From contig NC_068986.1 of NCBI RefSeq assembly GCF_001194135.2, positions 7,806,409-7,868,228 of the forward strand: a stretch of 61,820 bases of DNA, given 5' to 3'. The DNA is from Octopus bimaculoides (taxonomy: Eukaryota). How positions within the stretch are numbered: the stretch's first letter is position 1; each line of letters opens with the position of its first letter. Both the position numbers and the translations under genes were made by a program. Positions 12,086 through 24,720 of this stretch are shown piece by piece. Under the pieces are notes generated by a model that was not told the DNA's origin, did not search any database, and was given only the letters and a program-made list of their open reading frames with translations.

Positions 12086-13149
12086 CGAGAGAGAAAGAGA
12101 AAGAGAGAGAGAGATGCACATACGTACGTATATATATATNNNNNNNNNNNNNNNNNNNNNNNNNNNNNNNNNNNNNNNNNNNNNNNNNNNNNNNNNNNNN
12201 NNNNNNNTGAAGGTAGGTATGTATATACGTATGTGCATAAGCATATATGTACGTATGTGCATAAGCATATATGTACGTATGTGCATATCTCTATCTAAAT
12301 ATACGCGTGTGAGGGGTTTGACCTTTATGTTATAAGAACAACTCAACTTAATTTCCATTAATTTTACTTCTTTACTCGGTGTTTTCATTTTAACCTTTCA
12401 AAGTTAAAAGTGAATTCTGAATTTTGTACTTTAAATCTGAATTTTATAACTTTATCTCGATTTCTGTGAAATGTTTGTTGTGAATTGGGAAAAAAGGAGT
12501 ACACAGGTGTTATTTCTATATTTGGTTAAATATCAAAGGAAATTTATTTTCTTCTAACTAAAAAAAAAATAAAGTTTAATAGCAAGAGTTCTGTTGTGGA
12601 AATTATAAAATGTACAAAGACGTGTTTGCCATCAAGATAATATTATAAATTACTTAGAAGCACTTGATGTATGTATGTCATAGCCCAATAGAGGTTATTA
12701 CCCGTTTTATATCTTATCACTTTTATAAATTTTTATCATATTCATGAATAGATTACAATAGAATTATTTAAATATTCAAGAAATCTGTTTTGTCTTTAGA
12801 AGATATAATTTTGTTTTTAGTTGTTATTTCATATCAGAGCACACTGATATGAAATAACGCATTCCTCCAGAGGCTCAATAAACCTGAATAAACCTATCTA
12901 TAACCGTATTTTTCTTATTGATTTGTTAACTTGATATTGATTTTGGAGCATGTTTTATAATATACTATCATGGTATCCACAAAACATGACGTATAAACAA
13001 ATTTTTCATAATAATTTTAAGTTAAATTTTTGTTGATTTAGTGGGCTGTCATTAATCGTGAAAAAGGGAGTGGATTAAAGCTATTTAGTATTTGTCATTC
13101 CAAACCTCTGGATATAACGATTCGGTCCAGTATGACTCCAGTAAACTAT

Positions 13150-13590
13150 CAGTAATGTTCTTATGTTCCTATTTCAACGGTGATGTATGCTTGTCAGCTA
13201 CGGAGAAGTATAACCAGTATATGCAACAAGCTAAATGTCTTTCGTGGTTATACATCTGCAATATCCTATCGAAAGAAAGATTTATCACCAACAAAGAGTG
13301 ATAAGGAGATCGATCCAAGAGGTCCTTGTGGACATCATCAGTAGCAGAAGATTTTAGGGAAAATTCAGTGTATGATGGTATAGACCAGGCTATATTGTCT
13401 GGGCTGAATTTTGAAGTGAGGAAGGAGAGTGGAAGGTGTACGACCTTCATGGAAGATTTTCAGAAAATGGGCGTCACATGGAATGGTAAAGAAAAACAGA
13501 AAATGACAGAAGTAAAGACAGACAATTTGTCGTTCGTTGTCCCACAAGTAACGGAAAGAAATAGGAAGATGAATAACATAGGAGATGTTT
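13150..13590 (+). mobile_element. RTE-clade LINE 3' remnant
   Basis: Across frames: ISTVMYACQ..SITSICNKLNVF, DIISSRR, QAILSGL..RKESG..TFMEDFQKMGVTW, the typical RTE C-terminus. Confidence 0.75.
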
Positions 13591-16259
13591 AAATACAAGT
13601 ATTTTTCCCTGCTGGTGTATTTATGTAAGCATTTGAAAAAATATATAGAAACGTGTTTACATAACCTCAGAATTGATTTCTATTATTAATTGTTAAGAGG
13701 TTAATATCCAATAAAATATGTAAACATACTTAGCAAAATTATTTCAAAAATGTTATTTCCTTATTATCTGAAAGCGAACTTGAAACATATAATAAAAATA
13801 TATAGTGTATAGTAATAAAAATATTTATATTCTCTTTCCGAAGATCACATAACCAACTTTATGAAATATATTCATGAAAATAAATAAATATATAAATAAA
13901 TAACAGCAACAAAAACAACAACAATAATAATTAACATAGTGCATATATATGTATGCGCATGAACATATCTCTGAGTGTCTCATCTCTGATATTTCCAAAA
14001 AAGTTCAATACTTCCTGCTTATAGCTTCAAAATCCGAAACAAATCTAAATTGAAAAACAACTTACATAAAATTGTAGAAATTAATTTCTGTATGTTATTT
14101 CTAAATTTTTATCAAATTTATCTCAGTTATTTTCTTAGTTATTTCTGTTGTTTTTTAACTAGTTTTTCCAATGTATGAATATGAAATATTTAATATGATT
14201 ACTAATTTATGAAGAATTTTAAAGACCTCTTTTATCATAATTACTTTCTATTTATGTATTAAAGCAAATAGTTGTATGTGAAACAAAGTCATTATATGAT
14301 CGGAGGTTTGAAATTATTCATTATTTAAAGCCATATTTTTTAACTACAAGAAAGTGAATACATCCGCTTATATGCTGTTTATATACAGATTCAAATTACA
14401 TAAATGGATATTTCAATGAAAAATTTTAATAAATGACAGCAAATTCACAACAATGTAACTTCATCTTAACCGCTATTATTGTATTTTTACCACGCAAGCG
14501 GGTTCTCGGTTACAGATTTCTAGTCGTGGGATTAGGGTGAAGCCTTGGCTAATCTTCAGAAATATAACTAGTTATGCGACGGGTAATATTATTGGACGAG
14601 CCACCACTAGTAACTGCTGCTATTGTTGTTAGTCCTGCTACCAGTCACCGTCCTCTCTACCTCGGATCAGAAACCTTCAACTGTGCCCTTGCGCAATCGG
14701 TTTAGATTTTAATTTTTATTACTCTCCTATCGGATGTCATTTCTAATCACCTCTGACCTCACTATCTATCCACATTGGAAAAGTAACAATGAGCCAGAGC
14801 TTAATGTCATTGACAAGGTCCATGATTGTGTACCTGGTATTCTGCATGGATACAGGTGTATCGTACTAACTCGGTGTGTTGCCTAAACGTCGGTTTGAAA
14901 TATCAGGTAGATTCTTTCGTAAATCCTTTTCTGTCATTTTAAGGGCACACAAAATGATCTCCTATATTTATGTTATTTTCCCCTTTGCTTACTATAACTG
15001 GACAAATTCCTCAGGCAAGGATTTGCATATTGTGACGCACCGTTGTCACCTCTATAGTCTGCATTCGTTCCATTTCCAATTCCGACCAGAGCGAGTGAAA
15101 TTGCTTCCATTGCCATCGACATCATTTGCATTAATTTCGTTCGCTAAGATATAGGTGTGAGAGTATTATTGCTGTCATCAAAAGTGCCACTCGAATTGCT
15201 CACTATGTTCAACAATGTCTTTTCCTCGAAGCACAAAAGCACAAAAAATTATTCTTCCATCCTTACACTTCAATTATGGTTCACAATAGTTTCGATTTCA
15301 TGCCACAATCCTGCTTATATCAGTTTATAAATCCTTGTTTTCCTCAAGGCCAATCGAGCAACCCTACGAAGCCATGTCACCTTCACTACCAATATCAAGT
15401 GACCTTTCCCATCTCTTGTACTCCGGTCGGCATATAACGTTTATATAAACCATAGGTAGCTGAACGATGTTTCAAAGATGTTTCGAGATCGTATGTTTCT
15501 AGTACAATCTTACTATATAAATACGATTCGATAGTAACAATAGCCAACTGCTTCGATCTTGCTAACACGCAACGTTGAGTATCTTCTACTTCTACACAAT
15601 TCACATTATTATACCGAAACTATTCTGTAGCAAAAGTGAAGGACCTTAAAGTCAGTTTAAATAGAGAATAGACCACGTCATCCCAGCAGCAAAATATGCT
15701 TGTTTATAGACAATACAATTATTATTCGCTTACATGTCACTCAGAGTCGGAATCCGTCCCTTTCTCAGTCAGTAAATCATATTTTCTTTCTTCTTTCTAT
15801 GGTTAGCTCAACTTGTTCTCAGTTCGTCTCGCAGTCGCAAAGGAAAATTTTCTGCTTATCGCATGAATTATTCGCTTTCCGCTTTGGTAAACTTTGATGG
15901 GATTACTTTCTTTTGTTTATTTATCACCAACAGTTTCCAATCGGTAACTTTCTGCCTGCTCTTGACGCTGTAAGGCGAAGATATAGTAATCCTCGCATTC
16001 AGAATCTTGTGATTTATTTTACTATCGTCGGACTTGCCAACTACAGTGTGGTTTGGTGACTGTTAAGATCAATTTGTGCGACCTACAGTTGTTGCTGTTT
16101 GTTGTGCTCTGGCTCTTTCTCTGGTTCTTTCCTCTGTGCAGCTCCGCCGGACAGAAAACCATCTAATTTCACACATATAACAGCTGAGCTTTTTCGTCTG
16201 CACCAAAAGTTTCGCTGGCTTTCTCACTCACTGTTTGTCTGTCTGCTTGTCTGTCGGTT

Positions 16260-16260
<1 letters not shown>

Positions 16261-16347
<87 letters not shown>
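16261..16347. repeat. (CT)n microsatellite
   Basis: Directly visible. Confidence 0.95.
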
Positions 16348-16350
<3 letters not shown>

Positions 16351-16460
16351 AAAACGGATATCAGCTTCAGGATCGTTTTGTATTCTTCGAGTAACATCAG
16401 CATCTGTATGTCTATGTAGACCCAACTTGTCCATACAAGTAGCTATGTTATTCATGTTAT

Positions 16461-17230
16461 CCTATTTTTGGGACTGCCATGTTGGCTTGGCGATAACTAT
16501 TAATTTCCAGTACCGCTGTCGTAGTCTCCTTTAGAGAGACTTAGAAATATTAATAACTCTATTTCTGAAAACCAGTGGATAGATTCCACTGAAATTAGAT
16601 AAATAACTTTCGAACAGATAGTCAGCAGCGCCGCCTGGCTAGGGCTTGGCTGCTCTGCATTGACAAGGGGCAACACCCTGAAACTAGTCTGCAGATGCCA
16701 AACCAGCAGGGGGACACTGCTGACCTCCCCTGTTCGGAGGTTATAAAGGACACAGGTTTCGTGTGTCACATAGCTAGCTAGAGGCGATGGCTTCTTGGAG
16801 CTAATTCAGGGCAGCTTTCGTCCTATTTTTGGGACTGCCATGTTGGCNNNNNNNNNNNNNNNNNNNNNNNNNNNNNNNNNNNNNNNNNNNNNNNNNNNNN
16901 NNNNNNNNNNNNNNNNNNNNNNNNNNNNNNNNNNNNNNNNNNNNNNNNNNNNNNNNNNNNNNNNNNNNNNNNNNNNNNNNNNNNNNNNNNNNNNNNNNNN
17001 NNNNNNNNNNNNNNNNNNNNNNNNNNNNNNNNNNNNNNNNNNNNNNNNNNNNNNNNNNNNNNNNNNNNNNNNNNNNNNNNNNNNNNNNNNNNNNNNNNNN
17101 NNNNNNNNNNNNNNNNNNNNNNNNNNNNATCCTATTTTTGGGACTGCCATGTTGGCTTGGCGATAACTATTAATTTCCAGTACCGCTGTCGTAGTCTCCT
17201 TTAGAGAGACTTAGAAATATTAATAACTCT
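16461..17230 (+). repeat. Head-to-tail ~361-bp repeat carrying a hammerhead (retrozyme/pLTR-like), interrupted by an N-gap
   Basis: CCTATTTTTGGGACTGCCATGTTGGC starts at 16461, 16822 and 17131. The third copy matches the first 100 bp, then ends in (TA)n. Confidence 0.7.
16634..16710 (+). ncRNA. Type I hammerhead ribozyme with U3-A8 covariant core
   Basis: TCTGCA-TTGACAA-GGGG caaca CCCT-GAAA-CTAGTC/TGCAGA. Stem I extends past an internal loop (TTGGC/GCCAA). Predicted cleavage after C16689. Confidence 0.8.
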
Positions 17231-18092
17231 ATATATATATATATATATATAGCTGAGGTCAGCAAATATAGATATCAGGCTAGCAAATCCCCAAAACGAA
17301 ATAGCAATGAACATTTTTTTTGCATTAGGGAGGAAAACTTCTTCCTTTGTTTGCATGACACCCCCTACCCAGTGTGCCACTCGTCCAACCGGGATAAACT
17401 TTGAACATCGATGTTCTGTACATTATACATTATATGAGCATCATGCATGACATATACTCTCATGAACTCATGCTGTACTCTTTTACTACACAGATATACG
17501 CGCATCGCATAGTCTCAAAACATCACATGATGTACAGAAAGAAAGACATGTCATCTTAACGAGCAACTTAATGAACCAAGTATGAAGTAAAAAATTTGTG
17601 AAATCCCATAATTAGGCACATTTACTCGAGCATGAACAAAATACGGATATGCATTTATATGCACATATGTGTATATTTCTATGTATGGGTGTGTGTGTGT
17701 ATATATATATATATTCTTTATGTGTGCGTATGTGCACATTTGTCTTTATATGTTTATACATTGATAATATGGACTAATACATTCGCTATTGCGTAAGATG
17801 ATGAAATCCAGGGCTAATGAAAGGGAAACAAAAATAAAGATATCCTTATAATTTACCTCTCTTTACATGTATATTTATTCATTTATTTCCAAATCTCCTA
17901 TAGTCTCGTGTAACTTCATGTATTTTGATCCAAAATAGATACGAGTTGTAACGTTTCATGCGGTACACTTGAACAATTGTAAAGAACCTCTATACATGAA
18001 ACCATTGGTAGCCTTGATAATTCACAATGTATGTATGTATGTATGTATGTATGTATGTATGAATGTGTATATATACATACACACAAACATAT

Positions 18093-18340
18093 AGAGGTTG
18101 GTCTTCAAGCGACAAGTGACCATTCCTAAGGTGTGAAAGCAACTCGTAAACTTGTGTTTTGCACATGGCAGCGTCCGTGTAAGCTGTTTGAAGTATGACA
18201 ACTGTTTCGGCCGCCGCATTCCCCAGCTGAAAAAAGAATTTCACGGATGCACAATGTTCCTTCATTTCAACCATCGCAAAAATCGACGAACAGGGGAAAA
18301 GCATTACAAAACAAAACTGCGCCACGTCGCAGTGCGACAT
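18093..18340 (-). mobile_element. Mariner transposase N-terminal HTH remnant
   Basis: MVEMKEHCASVKFFFQLGNAAAETVVILQTAYTDAAMCKTQVYELLSHLRNGHLSLEDQP, truncated by a microsatellite. Confidence 0.88.
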
Positions 18341-18564
18341 TACACGACGACGCTGGTTGGCAGACTGATGCCTGAGGGTTGCATCAAGTAGCTTCTAGCG
18401 GCGGAAGCCTCAGCTAAAACGGCTTTGTCCCACATAAAATGTTAGGGATAAGAGTATCCCTTCGAGTAAATATATATTGAATTGAAAAACTAAGAAAAAA
18501 AAATGCTTCGAGCACTTTATCATAGTAAACAGAGAGAAAATATAGCATGAAATATAGCATTTAA

Positions 18565-18800
18565 GGCTGCGAGCTGGCAGAAACGTTAGCACGCCGGGCG
18601 AAATGCTTGGCGGTATTTCGTCTGCCGCTACGTTCTGAGTTCAAATTCTGCCGAGGTCGACTTTGCCTTTCATCCTTTCGGGGTCGATGAAATAAGTACC
18701 AGTTACACATCGGGGTCGATATAATAGACTTAATCCGTTTGTCTGTCCTTGTTTGTCCCCTCTGTGTGTAGCCCCTTGTGGGCAGTAAAGAAATAAGAAA
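18565..18800 (+). mobile_element. SINE type A, well conserved (alternative 3' end)
   Basis: GGCTGCGAGCTGGCAGAAACGTTAGC...GAGTTCAAATTC...AGCCCCTTGTGGGCAGTAAAGAAATAAG. Confidence 0.92.
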
Positions 18801-19269
18801 ATATAGCAGGAAAAGGTAATTTAAAACTACCACTTCAATCCGGAACAAACTGGAAAGAAACATTGAAATATATGAAATTAAACTTCCTTAATAATCATTT
18901 CTGAGAATATGTATACCTATTTTTATTTTAGAAAGACTAAAATGTGCTGTATTTCGTGTCATTCTGATTGTTAGTTGTGAATAAGTCTGTTGGTGGTGGT
19001 GAGAGGAAGGACAGTAGCAGTAGCTATAGTAAATATTGGTGCTTACTGCTCTCTCCCTTGGTCGGTGGGTTTGTTGTTGGTGGGAGCGGCTACAGTAATA
19101 TTACCAGTAAAAGTCAGGGTTACCTGAGGCTTATAACGGTCTTTAATCTATTTAGTAGTAGTAGTAGTGCTGTTGACTTGTGTCAGTTTTCCATCTATAA
19201 CGTAACAGTACTTGTAGTGGTAGTTGCAGTATTGCTGATGGTGGTTGTTATTGCCTCCCTTTCTTTGGT

Positions 19270-19540
19270 ATAGAACTTTACAAGTTGGTTTGCATTTGAT
19301 AAGGAAGAATATCTCTTTGTTGATACGTTGGCATTGAGTTGCATTATGATCAAATTTGTAAAGACGAAAAATCGTAAATTTAGATTGTTTGTTACCTGCA
19401 CATGTATCTATATGTTCATTGAGTCCTATTTTTTCTGAATACCCGTATTTCAATTTGCGATCAATGTAGGGTAAATCGTTGACATAAAGGCGATTTTTAC
19501 TGGTCCACTCTAATCTTGCCCACGTTCCGAGCACGTTATT
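19270..19540 (-). mobile_element. PLE GIY-YIG C-terminal remnant
   Basis: KIGLNEHIDTCAGNKQSKFTIFRLYKF..QRINKEIFFLIKCKPT parallels KIPLSKHLEMCSNGKDKIFF..TEKHFTKKF at 60370-60500. Confidence 0.65.
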
Positions 19541-19659
19541 ACATTCATTAGATTTTTAGATGCACTAGTGAATTTATTTTTCTATTGTAAAGGATTATCC
19601 TTGTTTGAACTTGAACTCTTTCAGATTAAAACGATCCCTCTGTCAGATTAAAAGAATAT

Positions 19660-19951
19660 ATATATATATTGTGCGCATTTAAACTTACACTCACTTCCCA
19701 TTATGATGTTGGAGTTTAGCCGCAATTTCTCCAGTTACATGAGACGGTCTTTATACTTCAAGAATATAAATATTCCTCTTTGTATTTGTTTTGCCATGTC
19801 ATTTATGTAATCTAGAAACAAGCTTCTTAGAATTGTAGGTTTATAGCTGGAGGCGGTTTACTTATCTTCTGTTCAACTACATGTTAGAATTTCATGTGCA
19901 AGCTGTNNNNNNNNNNNNNNNNNNNNNNNNNNNNNNNNNNNNNNNNNNNNN

Positions 19952-19993
<42 letters not shown>

Positions 19994-20046
19994 GAGAGAT
20001 ACATACATACATTCAGGGATACATGCATATATGCATATGTATATAT

Positions 20047-20090
<44 letters not shown>

Positions 20091-20327
20091 TGTGCGCATT
20101 TAAACTTACACTCACTTCCCATTATGATGTTGGAGTTTAGCCGCAATTTCTCCAGTTACATGAGACGGTCTTTATACTTCAAGAATATAAATATTCCTCT
20201 TTGTATTTGTTTTGCCATGTCATTTATGTAATCTAGAAACAAGCTTCTTAGAATTGTAGGTTTATAGCTGGAGGCGGTTTACTTATCTTCTGTTCAACTA
20301 CATGTTAGAATTTCATGTGCAAGCTGT
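19660..20327. repeat. Identical ~247-bp duplication across an N-gap (19660-19906 = 20081-20327)
   Basis: Offset 421; no differences seen. Confidence 0.9.
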
Positions 20328-22364
20328 GATAATAAGCAAGCACGAATTAACCGCTGAAACGAATAACTATAAACATTGTTTACAAGGAAACATTATACTA
20401 ATAAATGATTTACTGTTCGTTTCGCTTGAAATATGACCTCATATGTTACACAGATGTTTCTGTAATCTTGAAAGGACCTAGATTAAGGCAGAGGTTTACA
20501 TCTACAGAAGGTGACAAATATCTTTTATAATCATTTACTGTAAGATGTTCCAGTTTACTAAAATTGCAGCAACTCCCTATACTTATCTATGCTTACTTCT
20601 ATATATCTAGATTATTTATGAATACTAAATTTCATGAATGTCTGCAGCTATTAATTTCATTTTCCGACACCAGACACCAAAACTGAATGCGTTTCTCATG
20701 ACAGCACTCCATAATTAGAAGTTAAGAAACGAGATGAAGTCTGTATTAATTATATTTTCCTCATACCAAACACCATCATTATTTTATTATTATTATTTTT
20801 ATAAGGTATATCGATACACAGAGACGATCAGGCACCAGGAGAACAATAGTGAACTATCGAATGCTAAAGTGTGATCCGTATAACTCAAGTATTCTTGCTA
20901 CGTCTTATCTCAAATTTCATATCGAGAATTATTTCATTCTTTCGATTAATGGTAATATATCTCGCCGTATTTGCTACTGATCATAATGGTCACATGATTT
21001 TTGTTTTGTGAGCTTAACGAATAACATTCAGAACCAATATTCCACTAACATCCACTCAAACTTTAGTGGCTTTAATATTATTAACATTTGAAAAATATCT
21101 ATTTGAGACATTGCGTTAAAAATTGTCATGAGGTTGGATGAGACATCACACACATATCACTTTACTTGTATGTATGCATTTATGCATATACTATATCTGT
21201 CTGTGACTAAAGATTTGCTCAGGCTATGTTTAACTTCACAGCACAACGTGATATATTTGTATATGTTTATATATATATATATATATATATATATNNNNNN
21301 NNNNNNNNNNNNNNNNNNNNNNNNNNNNNNNNNNNNNNNNNNNNNNNNNNNNNNNNNNNNNNNNNNNNNNNNNNNNNNNNNNNNNNNNNNNNNNNNNNNN
21401 NNNNNNNNNNNNNNNNNNNNNNNNNNNNNNNNNNNNNNNNNNNNNNNNNNNNNNNNNNNNNNNNNNNNNNNNNNNNNNNNNNNNNNNNNNNNNNNNNNNN
21501 NNNNNNNNNNNNNNNNNNNNNNNNNNNNNNNNNNNNNNNNNNNNNNNNNNNNNNNNNNNNNNNNNNNNNNNNNNNNNNNNNNNNNNNNNNNNNNNNNNNN
21601 NNNNNNNNNNNNNNNNNNNNNNNNNNNNNNNNNNNNNNNNNNNNNNNNNNNNNNNNNNNNNNNNNNNNNNNNNNNNNNNNNNNNNNNNNNNNNNNNNNNN
21701 ATATATATATATATATATAAATTATATTGGCTCAGGCGATGTTTAACTTAATATATAAATCCCAAAAGTTGAAGAACATAACAGACGACAATGAAACATC
21801 CGAGCAAATAGACGTTACAAAGATGGACAGGACCTTCTCTCTTCAGTCAAATTTTCCAGATTATCCTTACAGTTTCGGCCGGTTACACTTGAGGTTACAC
21901 TTGAGGGTGTTCAAATCTGGCTGGCCCCAAAAATATAAGCTAAGAGCATTAAATATTTGGGAGAAAGCAAGCGAATATGTACGACAACAAAGACAGAAAT
22001 AAACGAAAAAAAACCCAAACAAACGGAGAAAGCAAATGTTGCACAATTACAAACACAAGCAACAAGAAAATAACAACAGGTGTATTTCCACTAATTAAAG
22101 GTGAATCAAGTTGAGCTGGCATGTGTAGAGTGAAAGCCTTGAGGCAGGAACATAGGAAATGAACATAAGAGATGAAAGTCATGAGACAGGAATATAAGAC
22201 ATGCTTGGTGCCCGGCAGTCAAGGCATGAAAGGAAGATCATGCTTGGCCGAACAGGGTAAAAAGTTGTACAGAACTTAAATACTTACACACACACACACT
22301 CTCTCTCTCACACACTCTCTCTCTCACACACGCTCTCTCTCACACACTCTCTCTCTCACACACA

Positions 22365-22404
<40 letters not shown>

Positions 22405-22579
22405 TATATATACATATATATATATATATGCATATATNNNNNNNNNNNNNNNNNNNNNNNNNNNNNNNNNNNNNNNNNNNNNNNNNNNNNNNNNNNNNNN
22501 NNNNNNNNNNNNNNNNNNNNNNNNNNNNNNNNNNNNNNNNNNNNNNNNNNNNNNNATATATGTATATATATATACATAC

Positions 22580-22613
<34 letters not shown>

Positions 22614-23374
22614 GTATATATCAGGTTACATATTTTGTTTTTAGCAATCTTTTAGTTTTCCTCTACTAATAAATTATTGAAGGATATAGAAGAACATTTT
22701 TGAATATATAATATATTTGCAAGCGAGGTAGAAAATAATCAATGTTACGATGGGAAGCAATGTTCAGAGTCCACAGATAGGATCAAAAGGATTCAGAAGA
22801 GATGTAGTCAGTTGATGTTGCTTGGAAAATGCCGCGCTAAACATAGAAAGAGATTTCTGGATATGTACATTATTGCCAGAGGAATAATTTCGATGTAAGC
22901 AAAGTATTGGAAAAATCATGCATGCTTGGTCGTATACATTTATTTGGTCGATCAAATATGTTAATAGGAGGGGAAATAAATAAATTATTCTCTAACAAAA
23001 TGAAGAAGGGCGTATATTGCTAGAGGACGTATTTGTTGTATCAATAATCCGATTAAAAGTATATAATCAGGGAAGCTTAAACATCCCTAGACGCATTAAT
23101 CTGGTAGTAAGACGTAAAAATTTTGTTGAAAACCGACTTAAGAAAAGAAATCTTTAGTTGTGAAACATGAGGTAATTGACTGGTTCAATTTATATTGATA
23201 TATTCCTTGTCAGTTCACTAATTATCGAGTGAGGACGGTTTGATTATCTGTGGATGTAATTTAAAGTTTTACGTAGCATTTGTTATGGGTAGTATAACAC
23301 AGTAGAAATGTCCATGATAGCATCAAAGATATTTATAATTTTGGCATTCGAATCAAAATTCGCAGAAAGATGAA

Positions 23375-23412
<38 letters not shown>

Positions 23413-24299
23413 NNNNNNNNNNNNNNNNNNNNNNNNNNNNNNNNNNNNNNNNNNNNNNNNNNNNNNNNNNNNNNNNNNNNNNNNNNNNNNNNNNNNNNNN
23501 NNNNNNNNNNNNNNNNNNNNNNNNNNNNNNNNNNNNNNNNNNNNNNNNNNNNNNNNNNNNNNNNNNNNNNNNNNNNNNNNNNNNNNNNNNNNNNNNNNNN
23601 NNNNNNNNNNNNNNNNNNNNNNNNNNNNNNNNNNNNNNNNNNNNNNNNNNNNNNNNNNNNNNNNNNNNNNNNNNNNNNNNNNNNNNNNNNNNNNNNNNNN
23701 NNNNNNNNNNNNNNNNNNNNNNNNNNNNNNNNNNNNNNNNNNNNNNNNNNNNNNNNNNNNNNNNNNNNNNNNNNNNNNNNNNNNNNNNNNNNNNNNNNNN
23801 NNNNNNNNNNNNNNNNNNNNNNNNNNNNNNNNNNNNNNNNNNNNNNNNNNNNNNNNNNNNNNNNNNNNNNNNNNNNNNNNNNNNNNNNNNNNNNNNNNNN
23901 NNNNNNNNNNNNNNNNNNNNNNNNNNNNNNNNNNNNNNNNNNNNNNNNNNNNNNNNNNNNNNNNNNNNNNNNNNNNNNNNNNNNNNNNNNNNNNNNNNNN
24001 NNNNNNNNNNNNNNNNNNNNNNNNNNNNNNNNNNNNNNNNNNNNNNNNNNNNNNNNNNNNNNNNNNNNNNNNNNNNNNNNNNNNNNNNNNNNNNNNNNNN
24101 NNNNNNNNNNNNNNNNNNNNNNNNNNNNNNNNNNNNNNNNNNNNNNNNNNNNNNNNNNNNNNNNNNNNNNNNNNNNNNNNNNNNNNNNNNNNNNNNNNNN
24201 NNNNNNNNNNNNNNNNTATGTATGTATACATGTATATATACATGTGTGTATATGGCTTGACTTCATACTTTTGCTTGATGGACCTGGGGTTATTCCAAG

Positions 24300-24720
24300 T
24301 TACTGGTTCCAGAGGCTTCATCATGCATTGAGCCGGCCAGGTCCATCAGTGCTCTCCACCAATGGCGGTCCCGTGCCAGTTTCTCTGCATCTTCCAAGGT
24401 GACGTCGAGCCTTTGGAAATCTTCCCCAATCACATTCAACCATCTAGTAAGGGGCCAGCCATGAGGCGTCTTCCAGCCATGTAGTTGCTGAGTCTAATGA
24501 CAGTAAAGCCCTGGTAGAGTGATCTAGCGGATACGGAGGACTGCTCGTAGCAGCGCATGGTACGGATTGCAATGAAGTGAAAGACTGTGAGCTGATGCGT
24601 GCGCGCACGCAGCTCTTTTTTGGAAACATGATGTTCTCGATGGCTTTTTGAATTACAGGCACGACTCACTTTTGCCAGATGAGTGGACTGGAGCAACGTG
24701 AAGATAAAGTGCCTTGTACA
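24300..24720 (-). mobile_element. RTE-clade LINE 3' fragment
   Basis: HHVSKKELRARTHQ..IAIRTMRCY..GRRLMAGP and WLNVIGEDFQRLDVTLEDAEKLARDRHWW. Confidence 0.85.

Noticed and set aside
14800-15300. RTE endonuclease remnant on the minus strand
   Set aside because: Only vague echoes (EMERM..IL); no diagnostic motif.
18968-19273. Hydrophobic ORF as a membrane-protein exon
   Set aside because: Derived from degenerate GTA/GTG triplet low-complexity sequence next to a PLE remnant.
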